From assembly GCA_964188305.1 (NCBI GenBank), contig OZ076897.1: a DNA stretch of 64,000 nt; one strand, 5' to 3'. Positions within the stretch are counted from its first letter, which is position 1. Every line of letters begins with the position of its first letter. This DNA comes from Podarcis bocagei (taxonomy: Eukaryota). The position numbers and the translations under genes were made by a program. Positions 27,650-41,200 of this stretch are shown here, in pieces. The notes under the pieces were generated by a model. That model made no database searches. It saw only the letters and a list, made by a program, of their open reading frames with translations, and was not told the DNA's origin.

Positions 27650-28620
27650 TTTTGGTTAGGGCAAATAAGCACCCCCCAGAAAAAGCAGCATGTGCTGCTG
27701 CATTGGAGGAGGGCGCAGAGCCCCCGCTTTTCCTCTAGGCAGCGCTGCAGCTGCGAAGAAGGACGAGTAAGCAGGACAGGGGCCAGCTGGCGAGGCAGTG
27801 GCAGCAAAAGGGTTTTTTGCATGGCGCCTTTGCAGGTCGTCCTGATTGGAACCCGGGACCCTCGTGTAAGGGAAGAGAGGAGAGGAGCTTGGCGGGCAGC
27901 CAAACCCAATAACCCCCACCCTCTCCCCTTCCTCAAAGCCCCTTTTGCGTTTGTGCTCGATGAAAGAGGTTGAGGGCGAGCAGGTGAAATAATGAATTTG
28001 TGGGTGTCGCTTACAAAACGAGAGTCAATTGAGAGGCCTGCTTGTGCAAGGACTAAGCCTGGCTGGCAGGAGGGCTCAGAGAAGGAGCTGCTCCTCCTGA
28101 GGGAAGAAGAAGCCCAGCCAGGCTCGCAGCCGGGCCTACTAACTACAGGCCGGCCTGCCTGCCTGTAGCCACAGGAGCAGAAGGGGCTGGGCCCCACGAA
28201 AGAAGCCGCGAGGGACGCCGAGAGAGCGCAGGGGGAGCTGGGAGGCCGCCTGACGAGATCTGGGGGGCGGAGGGGGGAAGGAAAGGGGCTGCCGGCGGCG
28301 GCGGGAGGGGAAGCTGCGAAAGGCGGTAGCAGCTGCCGCCGGGGAGCTGAGGCCTCATTCAGGCAGGAAGTGCAGTTGGAGGGAAGGTGCTCGGTTGCAG
28401 CAGGCGGGCCGGGGCAGCAGCGAGCGGGGTAGGCCGGCCTCCGTGAGGGGAGAGGAAGGGGAGCCGCGGCTCCTTTCCCCCCATTGCTCGTAGGGAAGCC
28501 ACCGCTGCCGCCCTTCTTCGCGCGAAGGCTCCCCTTGTTTTCTCGCCGCAGCTGTGAAGGAAAAAGGGACGAGCTTCTGCTTGAGCAGCTTTTTGGGTTG
28601 AGCTTCCCCAAGCACTATTT
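27650..28620. promoter_or_regulatory. CpG island, candidate distal SKIDA1 promoter
   Basis: GC/CpG-rich block between SKIDA1 and MLLT10. Assignment to SKIDA1 is inferred from position only. Confidence 0.6.
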
Positions 28621-30613
28621 TATTTTATTGTTGGGGTGTGTGTGGAAGGAGTTTGCAATGCTCTTCCCTCCCGGTTTCCAGCAGTTTTATCTGGTCCATG
28701 AGTAGAGAGGACTTTTTTCCCATCTCTTTCCTTATTCTTCCTTGTTTTCCTCTAGTGCTGCTGTTTTATTCACTGGGCTTTATAGCTCACCGAAGGTAAA
28801 AGACCCCACCAGGGAGAAAAAGCTCGCCTGATACAAAGGGAAACATCTGTTCAGCGGTGAATTTTTAGAACAGGACTTTTCGAGAGGGAAGGGGGGGGAA
28901 GGGGCAGGAAACAACTCGAGGAGGAAAAACACTAAATACTGAAATAATTAGATTTTACGAAGAGGGAGCTAAAGGGAGAGTGGGTTCGGAAAAAAGCGGG
29001 TTCTTTTTTTAAAAAAATTGTTGCTGAAGTTGGAAAAACCGTGTCTTCTTCCTTTCAGAGGCTGGCAAAAATAAAAGTTCTTAAAACGAAAGGCCTGTTC
29101 CTTCTGAAGTGTTTCTCTTTAAAAAGTAAAAACAAAAACTAAATGCATTTGTCCTTAAAAACAATTCAATTAATTTGAGTTGATTTTGGTCATTTTAATT
29201 ACTTGAAGGAAAATAAACTGCTTAACCTTGTCTTTAAAAAAAAATCCAACAAGTGTCTATAATACATTGTTTTTAAATGTTGCGCCTCGGGTACTGTTTA
29301 CTCGACCAGCATTGTTAGATAGGGGGAGGTAAGCATGTCTACATTCTTTTTAAATATATATATATACATAGACTTGAAACTATTTTTCTGGTAAAATAGC
29401 TTCTTAGCAATACAGTAGTATTGTTTCATGCAACTTGAGGGAATTTTAAAAGGCGGATTAGAATAATTTCTAAATATTGTATTTCCATGTTCTCTGGGGG
29501 GAAATGGAATTTATTGAAGTTCTGAACTTCAGTAAAGCACTCAACAGGGCTGTATTTCTGGACACCATGGAGCAGAAAACTGTTGGTAGCTTTCCTGGAG
29601 ACAGGGTTGAAATACGTTTGTGTTTATTCCTTTTCTTTGTAAAACTTGCTGTCTTTGGAGCCTTTAGATAGTAAATGCCAATGCAGAAGAATAAGGCAAA
29701 TCTCACTTTGAAAATAATTTCAGAGTTTAAAATTCCCATATTTTGAGACATCACCATAGTTAAAAATATATTGGCGGTTGTAATCCTTAATGATCACGGA
29801 TCCTTAGTAACAAATAATTAGAATACTATTGAAATATATATGTGAGAAGGCCTTCAGATGCACACATAATTTATATAAGGCAATACATATACAGGGATTT
29901 TAAAATCAAATCTGTATTACAGAAGAAAAAATACAGCTGAAGGAACAGGATAAATAGCATGTCTGGTTTTTCCTCAGTGTTGCTCCCATCTTCTTTCTTG
30001 CCAAATGGGTAATTTTTTTTTTAAAAAAAATGAGAGTAGCACGATGTAAAAAAATCACATTCCGACTCTGAAGTGCCACAGTGAGACTGACAAAAAGTGA
30101 TCCGAGGCTTGTGCCCTTAATTCGCTCGGAATGTTAAGCTTCCCAAGATACTTCCCGCCTATGCGGTCATGTTAGCTTTTCTCTGTGTTTAGTAGGTGGT
30201 TTTTAATGGTTTAAAATTAGTACTGTACGTGGATCGTCTGTGCCCTTACGTTTGTAATATCAATATTAAAAAAAGTGTGTCCTGTAACAGGAAACGTCAC
30301 ACATTGTTAGATTTTTTTTTAATGGTTGCATTTGGCTACTCCATTCATAGACACAATAAAATTAATTAGCATATTCTTGGGTGTGTTTTTGAGATTGGGA
30401 GGTAGTAGCCCCCATTTGAGGAGAAAACTCCTTAAATAAAAAAAAGTAACATGATTCTGCCCAAACCAGACACATAATTGATATTGACTGGAGATCTGCT
30501 TCATGTATAGCAAGTTGCTTTTATATCTAACAAAACTGCTTTCCTCCCTTTGCTATGGATAATTTTTAACTGGTGATAACAGTCATTCTGAAATAGCTTT
30601 ATAGTTTAGATGC

Positions 30614-30655
30614 ATGATAGGGAATTAAAGATGTATGATAGGGAATTAAAGATGT
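30614..30655. repeat. Perfect 21-bp tandem duplication
   Basis: ATGATAGGGAATTAAAGATGT x2. Confidence 0.9.
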
Positions 30656-33600
30656 TTTCTAATAGAAGAACAAGCATGAATAAAAAGGGGAAATGCAACC
30701 TAGGAGTATTGACAAAAATATGAACCAGTATAAACTTTTGATTTCTATTCAAATATAGGCTCATATTTAATGTTTTTTGTGCTTTTTGGTGTGTGTGTGG
30801 ATGAGGGGAAAGACTATTTTCAAATATCCCTACTGCCAAAAACAAACCATTTACAGCAAAATTCCAAATCTTTATTGAGATACTGCAGAGAAAATCAGTG
30901 CATTACATTTAAATTACATTAAATCTAAACTTCAGAGTTTACTATCTTTTCCCCTGATTAGTACAGGGGAATTTTCAAAAAACCTTTAATAATAAATTAT
31001 ATTTGTATATAAACTGAAAGTAGCACTTAACTATATTCCAATGAATAACTTTATAAATTAGCTCTTAAATGTAAACCTTGGGCCTCTCAAACTGAAGGTA
31101 TGTTTACCCACCATGCTAAAAAAAATTCCTGTGCTGTAATATTTACTTAGAATATTTAATCTAGGGGTTTTATGTAAAAAACACTCTTTTGCATCATGTT
31201 TACAGTACATCTCAGGCTGAAATTAACAATTAAATGCTAGCATTATCATAATAGAAGCAGTACTTGGAAAACAACTATTTCATCCACTGGTGCTCCTAGT
31301 TAAGTGGCATTTGCCCAAAGCCTCCTGAGGTGATAGTGCAATTTAAAACAATATAATGGATGCTTTAAAAACAACTTCCCAGTTAAATTAGTGGTTTTAC
31401 TGGCTAGATTCTGAGAAAGATTCAAACAATGCCATCACAGTTTTAACAGTCAAAGTTATACTTACATTAATAAGTAGTTTGGTCAGCACACAACTGACTT
31501 TAAAACTTGTATGTACAAATTGGAAAATGTGTAAATACATTAAAAAATGCAGGTGAAAGGTGAACTGCATATAAGCTGGTATTTGTATTGCTGCAAAATA
31601 TTCCTGCGGTTATGTGTACATGCACACACACACAAAATAAAAATATATATGTTTTTACTGGTGTAGCTTTACTCAGAAACACTACAAGCACATTTTGTTT
31701 AAAGTAAGTTCTGTTTAAACCAATTGGAAAGTAGATTTTAGGACTGAAGTACTGAACACAACAGGATTAACACAGGGAGTAAAAAAAATGGACAAAATGT
31801 TATGCTCTTCATAACTGAGCAAGGGCAAATAATTTGCTGAATTCAGACCACTATAGCTTATAGTTTTAAATACTGTATAGCAGTAGTGTGTATGGGTCAA
31901 ATCACAAGTGTCGCACTCCACACTGTGGACTGACCATTATGCTTTCATTTCCTAGGATTAAACAAATAGCATCATTAACATTTAAATTAATGCTATATTC
32001 AAGTTCAGCAAGCAAAGAAGGTAAAGAAAGTGTGCTTTTAAAAAAATAAACACAAATAAGAAGATACTTAATGTCTATTAAGTTTTTTCTCAGAACTTTT
32101 AAAAGGCACATTATTTTATGAATATTATAGCTTTTTGTGCTTGGGTAAAGTATAAAATTTAAGTTTGGACAAAGATTCAGTTTTAAAATCTTAACATGTT
32201 GTTAAGGGCTTTAGGCAAGCATCTATTCCTAACCTCACTCCTCAAAAACAAACAGCCCTGACACAACTCTTCTATTCCTCCTCCATTTATCCCTCCTTCC
32301 CTCCTAATTGTTTTCAACATAGGATGAAAAAGACATGTTTGGGTTTGAAGAGATTTTTTTGGTTTTGCTTTTATATATCTGTTTTACCTCACATGCTCGT
32401 TCTTATTGAGTAATAAGAAAATTACACCTGATTTAATTGTGACAAAGAGGTGATTAAGTAATACAGGCTCTTTTGCTCAACAAGCCCAGGATGTGTTACT
32501 GAATCCATGTTTAGAATTATTGCCACATGCAAAACATAAAGGGCATTTCAGGAAATTGGAATTTTAGGTTGATGCTACTTGTTTTTAAAATATTTTTAAA
32601 TATTTAGGTGATACAGGACGTTAAAAGTGCTGAAAACGTTTTTGTACGTTACTTTCCACCCCTAACATTTAAAAGTATTTCCCATTGAAAATAATAGCAA
32701 ATAACGTGACGCCCTAGAAGTACATCCAATGGAGTTCAATGCCACCTACTCCCAGGTAAGTGTGCGTAGGATTGCAGCTTAAAACAAATAAAGTTATAAA
32801 ATAGTAGAAAATTACATGTACCTTTAAAATATGTGGATTGATTTGTTGTCTACATTGTATCTTTTAAAAAACCACCAATTTTTCAATCTTTGAAAATTCA
32901 ATCTTTGCCTGTTTTCCTTTTCTAATAGGCATATTTCTATCTCTGGGTCTGAAAAAGCTGTGAATTCAAAAACATTTCCCCCTATCATCAGCCTTTACAT
33001 CTATTCCTGAAAACACACCCTAACACCCCAACTTAAAAACCGTAACTTGAAAGTAAATCTCATTGATTTCAAACTTGCCTCAAGTAGTGTGCTTAGGAAT
33101 AGGATGCAAAAGGTTTCCACATTCATATCATATGGATGTTAATGGCTTACTATGTGTGTAGTACATTGTCGTAAAGCCTTTCTCTTCCTATTTTGCATTT
33201 CAATGGTTCTTTCCAAATGCATTGTTTTACAAAACCACCAAGAGGCTATCTACATTTTGTCATCAAGTTCCCTGCAATGTTTTAAAATAGCATCATAGTC
33301 CCTCTTTCAGTCTATATATTTCAATTCCTTAAATGAAACTAAAGTTAGTACAATCAATTTAAAATAAAGTTTAATGTATTATTAGTGCAATACAATTTAC
33401 CCTGGGGGGTTTTGTGCCAAAATCAAAGTTTTATGTTGATCATTCTGTTAATATACAGCATATATACTTAAAAAAAGAGAGATTTGTTTAAAATGCATGC
33501 AAAGGTTTTACAAAATACATTTCTAACATACACATTTTAGTTTGGGCAGTTCTTTTAGCATGATTTTCAGTTGACATTGCTTTACATTCTAGGAAGGGCC

Positions 33601-36499
33601 AAATTTTAAATGATACTGAATGTGAAAAATGAACTGTAGAACTATATGAAGTTTAATAGTGTTCAAAATAAAAAATACGTCCAAAGCTTTTACAGACTGG
33701 AAGGAAACATAGGCAGCAATTTTATTACAATGTACTTTTCCAGAGTACTGTACCCCTTAGGTTTCTTGTCCATTGTATGCTTTGCTAAACAACAGAACCT
33801 TGGTGCTACTTAATTCTGAAAGTTCCAAGTCCTCAGCATCCCTGACATTCACCCTCCCTTTGCTACCTTAAAGTCCAACTCCATCTGTCAGTGCACCTAT
33901 CTGTATTTATTCAGTCTCCCACAATAGTTCCTAGTAGATGCAGATTGACTTGTTGAATAATGCTGCTTCAGTCACTCTGGGTCTACTTTGTAGTGAAGTG
34001 GTTGGTATCTATTTAGTTCTTTTGGTCTCCATTAAAAAAGAATAAATATGAGGAATGATTTATGTTTAAATAAAACATTTTGTTTGGTCTCCATTAAAAG
34101 GCATATAATGTGTATGGTAAATTTCCAGTGAAAAGGGCAATGAAGAAACAAGAATTAAATTAGTCTGTAAGGTAGCAACAAACTGTCTACAAACTAGAGT
34201 TCAATTTAGGCCACAGTTCTAATGCTGGGGTTAACAATATCACTGGGAATACTTTTTAGAACTTAGATATCATTTTCCTGAAATAAGCAAAAATAGCTTT
34301 GAAATACTCTTCACTCAGATCCACAACTCAATTAAAGCTGCAACCCTATCTACATTTTCAAGGAAGGCCCATTTAATACAGCGAGGCTTACTCATGAGTA
34401 AATATGCATAGGAACAGGCTAATTTTTGAATCATTTAGGTGTAAATGGGTCAATGGAGTTGACAGTGCAATCCTATATTTTTTTTCCTTACAATAAGTCC
34501 CACTGTGTTTAGTAGGGCTTACTTCCAAGTAAGCATGTATGGTTTTAAAGTCTGAATTAGTTAAAACAGTAGTTTGGTTTGATAGGAACACAGTTATTAA
34601 AGTGGAATCTAATTCTTTAAATACTTTTATTTAAATAATAATGTAGCTTTCAGAACATAAGGAAAATAATAAATTACACAATATACTTCTAATTTCCATA
34701 TCTTTGAAGGACTGAAAGATAATACACATGAATGAAAGGCAATACATGTTTTTGTACTTGGGCTCTAGGATTTTAAATATCACTCTCCATTCTACATTTT
34801 TTTTTCTTTGCTGTAGCAGGCACATGGAAATACAGGCACTTTGTGAAGCATTTTTGTATGGTATGTCAAATGTTTTTGTCTCAAAATGCTAAAACTGGAC
34901 TTTGGGGGGATATTGCCATGCAGCATACAGATGAATATTTGGCAGATCACAAACACCCCAATGACCCTGTTATGTTAATCGAAGTGCTCAGCTATGCCTT
35001 CTGTAGGAAATGACACTCACCACTCCCTTTCCCTGTCCTTCCTCCTCTAGAAAATTTCACTTCAGACTTTCAAGGACAGCAAAAACTGACCCAAGATATC
35101 CCTCTCATAAACTGCAGGCTCTGATATCCCAAAGGACAATAGTTCGGCACATCTCCCCTCTCTTTAAACAACAGCTCTTCACAAGCCCACATATCTGCAG
35201 ATGTGTTAAACTGTTCTTTATTTTACAACTTCTAAAACACACACACACACACACTTAGGACAATACAGATAGTTTAATACTGTACACTTGATTTAAATTG
35301 TCTTCATGTCAGGCAATAATGCAGTCTTGCAAAATCATACAATTTTACCAGTCTATGCATTAAGTCACTTTAGCATGATAATAGGGAAAAATCAATGGTA
35401 TTTTACTTGGAAGGCTTTCCCTTCACCTTCTCCTTCACAAAAGTAGCAGCCCTGGGGCTAGTGGAGGAGAATTTTGCAAAGCTGCATTTAATCTCCTTTC
35501 AGTCTTAACAGTAGCCACAATTAGTTCCTTCTGCTACAGTCCTACCTGCTTACAGTGGATAATTGAAAAGCTTGGGATTCTGATAACCTGAACCATCTCG
35601 TTTTTTACTCTGCTTTTTGAAATATATAAAAGCAAACCAACAATAATTGATCAAAATCTGGAAAACATGTCCTTTTAAATTAATCTAGATAACAAAAACA
35701 TCCAAGTTTAGGGGGATGTGCATATTTCTAAAGGGATAAGGCAGCCTGTCTTTTCCCTGGTTGTGTTGTCTATTCTCAATTCTAGTTTTAACAACAGCCA
35801 TGCAGAAAGACCTCTGCATGCATGGTACTAAAAGATATGGCGAGGCCAGGATGAAGGTAAGGAGAACATGAGCATTTCTGCAGGATTTGTGCAGTGGTCT
35901 CTAGGTTAGCCAAACAGAAAAGTGGAAATGTATCAGTTCTGCCCTTGCACCTAAAGTGATGCAAGAGAAACCGAATTCCAAAGGGATATAGCTATATTAC
36001 CCGTTTTATAGCAACTAGGGTAATAGAGTTTGACTAAGTAGTATGTATGTGCACACAGAGAGATTAAGACGCTGTTTCTATAAAAACAAAGAATTCCAGT
36101 GAGTACTTGGGAAAGTTTGTCGCCATAAAATAGTATTTTTAGATGTCACGGTGCCCTTTGTTCATAGACACGATATATATTGGAAATGCAGCACATTCAA
36201 ACAAGTTAAAAGGGGTAATTTTGGAAGAAGAATCAGCTAGCAATCCGAAAATGAGGCTGGGGACCCTTAAAGCAGGAAGGAAGTGCCCCTGAAAGGAATT
36301 CCTGTTCCAGGAGTTTGGGATCATCAGGGTGGGAGAGGAATCCCGCCGCATCAGCCAAGAACAGAGAAACGGAATTCAACATCCCTTGAAATGCAAAAGA
36401 AGAGCCTGTTGCAGAAGAAATGCAGGTCGCATGTGTGCGTGCACCCCCCCCCCCGCCATCCCAAACTGATCAAATTTCTAGGGCCAGGCTAGGTGATCG

Positions 36500-38250
36500 C
36501 AATCGTTTTTGTTTCACTCAGGCTTTTGACTCTGCCCAGCTGTTTCAGCTGCCTGGCCTCGTAAACACACGAGAGGATGCGGTGCGTGTGACGGAGCGAG
36601 GAGCGGGAAAGTATAAATCCCGCTGCTCCTCAAGGTGTCACAGCGGCCTGAGGGAAATAGAGACTGACGAAAAACGCGCGCGCGGCGCTTGGGATCCCTC
36701 GGGAGCAGAAGAGTGTGATGCCATCGTTGTAATGATAAGTTAACACGTGTAAGAGAAGAGACGCACGGCTCGGGCCGGGCCTAGTCTGGCACTAGCACCA
36801 CACACACGCACAAGAGCGAGCACGAGTCCCTTAAGGCAGGAGGAGCCCGGCAGCGGGAGTGTATATTTGTCACTTGGCCCTCCGCCCCAGGGGACACCCC
36901 CCCACACACCTCTACCGCCCCCGTCACGCGCACGCTCTGACTGGGCACCCGCTCAAAAAAAAAAAAAAAAACAACGGTTGAGAGCCAGCAGGGCAGCGCG
37001 CGACGCAGAACTTCGCCCAGCGAGCTCGTGTTCCGCTGTCGGCCCATGAGCCACCGCGGGGGAAAAGGAGGAGGAAAAGCGAGAGAGCGAAGGCTGCTGC
37101 TGCTGCCGCGTCGCGGGGCCTTCGCCGAGGAGGCGTTGCAGTGCGCCTGCGTGCAGCAGGCCCCTGCTTCTGTTGCCTTTTTCGCGTTGCTGTCTCTCTC
37201 TCTCTCCCTCTCTCTCCCTCCGCCCCCCCCCTAGTCCGTGCGGCTCGCAGGACTGTTGCCGCTGCCAGCAAACCCTTAATTCCTTGCTGGAGATCTCCCA
37301 AGACGGACTGGGTACCTGCCCGGCCGAGCCGGCGCCCAGCGAGGAACTTGGAAGGAGCCCCTTATCCGCCGCTCGGCTGTTGCTGCTGCTGCCGCCGCCG
37401 CCGCCGCTGCCACCAGCGGCCATGGGTCCCACGTCCCTGCTATGGAGGCGGTACTGGCGGCGGCGGTGGCTGAGCGACTGAAGGCGGAGTGCTGCGGGGC
37501 AAGAACTGAGGCGGCGGCGGCGGCGGCCGGGGTCTCTCCGGTGCCGGGGGGTGTCGTGCTGACGGTGTTTTTAACCCTTAGATGGTCTCTAGCGAGCCGT
37601 TGTTGCTGCCTGTGTCACTGGAGGGTGAGTTCTCCAATAGTATGAAGGAGATGATCGGCGGCTGCTGCGTTTGCTCCGACGAGAGGGGCTGGGCCGAGAA
37701 TCCGCTGGTTTACTGCGACGGGCATGGCTGCAATGTCGCAGTGCATCAAGGTGAGTGAGACGGGCCTGCTTCGGCCAACCTCTCTTGGGAGGTGGTGGGG
37801 TGGGGTGGGGGGTAAAGAGAGAGAGAGGGGGCCGGGGGGCTGCTTTCGGAGGCGTCTCTTTTTCCTCCCCCTCCCCCGTATGTCTCTTTTCTGTCTCTCA
37901 CACACGCGTCACAAGTCACCACTTTATGGAGTGCGCCATCCACGTCTTTCCCCTCCTTGCTTGCAGGAGTGGGTCGCCTTCCCCCCTTCCCCCTGCCTCC
38001 TGTTAACTCTGTTGCTGGCTGTGTTCGTGGATGCTTAAAACTCAAGGAGGCGGGCCTTTTTTAGGAAAAGGGAGATGGGTGGACCCCCCCTCCAAAGATG
38101 CTGGGGGCGGCCGGGTATGTGCTTTTGGAGGGGGGTGGCCAGCAAAGGTATGCTATCCTTGTGTGTGAACGAGTAAGTTGCGTGTGTCGCCCTAGTCGTT
38201 ACTTCCTCATCCTGTGTGAATGCCTGCCCTTCCTTCCTTCCTTCCTTCCT
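36500..38250. promoter_or_regulatory. CpG island / MLLT10 promoter and 5' leader
   Basis: Sharp rise in GC and CpG density (GCC/GGC repeats, CGCG runs) around the first coding exon, against AT-rich flanks. Boundaries are approximate. Confidence 0.85.
37582..37750 (+). CDS. MLLT10: MLLT10 (AF10) first coding exon, 169 nt, start of PHD1
   Basis: ttag|ATG ... CAAG|gtgagt; translates MVSSEPLLLPVSLEGEFSNSMKEMIGGCCVCSDERGWAENPLVYCDGHGCNVAVHQ; ends in phase 1. Confidence 0.96.
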
Positions 38251-41200
38251 TCGCCCTTAGTAGTGAAAGTAGGCAGGAAGGGAAAGATTCGGAGCAGTAT
38301 CAAAACACTTCGACGTGCGCTTAAAAGAATATGGGCAACGTGCGCTTTTTTGCTTTTAGCAAAATTGCCCCTGCCTGCTGAGTCGGTATCCCTTTGCACT
38401 TTTTGGCACGTCCTCGAAAAGTCTTGCTCCTCCTCCTGTCTCCTAAACCTAGGTAAGAAGCCAGAAAACGTGTTTGTCAAAGGGAGAGAGTTAGCTGTCA
38501 TGTGACTGCCCCTTTCCTCCCGACTGCCTCTGCCGGAGCGTCCTTTGGCTGGATGGTGTCTGCTGGATGAGGAGACTTCCTGTTTGTGGTAGGAGAGTGT
38601 TGGGGGAGGGGAGGAAAGGGGCACTGTGGACTGACTTATCCTTTGATGGTAGATTTGTTTGGATTAGTGGAGGGAGAGCAGTTGGCTGGTGCCCAGCTGA
38701 GTGGCTGTGTTGCTGTTTTGCTTGCTATAATGAGCACAGTGTGTCTCTGCTTGTCTCTGATGATCTGTATGAGTTTCCTTTACGTCTGGAATATGTTACT
38801 GTTGCGGTCGTAACTTAGAGTATGTGAGTACATACATGATAGTACAAAAGACCCAGCTGATCCAGATTGTTTTTTAATCCTGTTTGTGAGAGGTGGCTGC
38901 AGGGCTACATAGTTTGTGACTAGTCAGAAGGAGCACTGGAGAATGGAATAAACTGTCATTCCTTCATGTGAACTTGTCTATCATGAAAATCTTCAGGAAT
39001 TCTCTTCCACCTGAAGGGTGACACCTTGGAACTAATCTTTTTATGTTTCCAGTGTGCATGCATGTACTTTTCCAGAATTTCAGGTCTGGGCTTACTATTA
39101 TTTGTTACAGCAAATGCCAAATTTTTAGAATTGCAACTGTGCACCTATGTGTTTGATTCAGTGCATTGAAAAAGGGGTCAAGGTGTCTGGGTGAATAGAT
39201 GCATGTGCTAGAGAAAGAGGAGGGATGGGACATTGTCCAAGTCAAGGGGCAATGTGAAACTTCAGCTCCCCTCTCATTTCACAAAAGCTTATGCGTCTTT
39301 AGAGGTATGAGATTTCATGTGAGCAACCAGGAAATGGGCCGCAGATGGTGACCTATTACAAAGTGGTGCAGATGTGCCCCATCCCATTTCAGCATGACTA
39401 TTGGATTGCAGAAAAACCTTAGTTTACGTGCACCCTACAGTATATTGTTTGCGGAATCCTCTGTACTCTGTAAACTGAAATTGATATCTATATTTATAGT
39501 AAGTCTCAGTTTTTAATGAAAGTGAGAGACTGTGGCATCTGTGCTCTTATTCAGTTTCCCACACATGCAGCTAACCCAGCTTTTTCTTCTGTTGATGTGG
39601 TTATGAGTTTGCAAAATCTTTAAGACATAGTCTGAGAATGGGAAATAGGAAGTAAGAAATTGAAAGTGGAATAGGGAGACTTATAGGAGGAGTTACAGTA
39701 CAAAAGTACTCATGTGAGACTAATATTGATTAGTGTATTTGTTTTGCTTTTAAATCATAGTTGCACTAGGTGTGTAATTTGATTCTGAAAAAGCACCAGA
39801 AAGCCTGATTCTGTGCATGTTTTCTCAGAGTATATCCCATTTAGTTCAGTGGGGTTTACTCCCAAGTAAATGCACATTTAATTTACATTATCTGAAAAAT
39901 AGCTGCAAATGTCTGTTTTGTTATATCATTGTTTGGGTCTGCATCAGGGTCCTCAAAGTTATTTGCAATAAGGCTTGGATCTCTCTATGGAAATTAAATT
40001 AAATACTATGAATATGCTGTGGGAAAATCAAAATACTATTTCCTTTATATTTCAGGAAAGCTTTACTTGGGAAAACTTCACTCCCAAACTCCCAAACTTA
40101 TTGCTTTCATGTGTACCAATAAACCTGTTGGAGGGAGCTAGACATCCGTGGAGAAGAAACAGCTTAGGGCCCCCCTCTTCCTGTAGTAGCTGCTATTTCC
40201 CCAGGGGGCCTAGAAGCAAGGTGACTGTGCAACAGGACAGTAGCGAGGAACAGCTGTCATTCCTTTAGTGCTCCAATCTTCAGTGACAGCATGTTAAGTA
40301 AAGGAATTTGAAATTGTGGGAGACTTTTGTAGAGCTGCAGAAATAATGTGAGATGACACCTTAAAAAGGGAAACCAGAGCAATCTTCACCTGAATAGTTA
40401 TTCCATTTGAATTGGTTCTTCTTGTGGGGAATGTACTTACACATGCAAAGTATGTGAACAGTAAAGAAATAAGTATCCCCTTCCTCTAAAGTAACTAACC
40501 CTCTTTGTTTATGTGATGGCAGCCTAGGACATGGAGACTAAGCATGGCATCTGATGGTGTCCTAACACTGAGGAGTAAATGGAGTAGGACATAAACATTT
40601 TCTTCTAGATAAGGAAAGGAGAGGGGTGCTAGCATGGAAATTTGCTTTAAGATAGCCAGTTACTTTTGCACAACTTACGTATTAAGAGAGACCCTGTATT
40701 TTCTTTTTTTTTCTGGATAGAGGCATCATGAGGTTTATTCCATCTTTTTGGACATGCTGACAACACCAGTTCCCAAAATTTCTGAAATCACTTTGGCTAA
40801 TTAGGTGATAGAAATATTTGGCTCTGTTTTGGAAAACATTCCCAATATACCCAAGATTTTTATTAATTCAGATGCAGGAGCCACTGCAGTTGTGGTTGGT
40901 TGGGAGCTTCAGCCTACACTGCAAAGTGTATCTAAGGCCCCGTCTCATGCATACATATCTGGAAGTAAACCCAATTTAATCCATGCAATTTAACTTCCAA
41001 GCAAATACACATAAGATCATACTGTGTGCTGTATAACTCAAGCTATCCAGAGATATAGTGCTGATCTGATGCACTAATGAATTCTGAGTGCTCAAGTAGA
41101 CTTCTATACGATCCGATGTTCCAACTTAGTTTTGTTACATGCTCTCTGCTTGTGCACATATTCAGGGTATTTAGCTTTATGATGCAGTTGAATTCTGGAC

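Noticed and set aside
27412-28611. 399-aa minus-strand ORF
   Set aside because: It starts at a non-ATG codon, has low-complexity Ser/Pro/Arg/Ala content, shows no recognisable domain and lies across a CpG island where stop codons are scarce.
34021-34099. 17-bp direct repeat TTTGGTCTCCATTAAAA flanking 45 bp
   Set aside because: There are only two copies; it is likely a small repair duplication and not an array.
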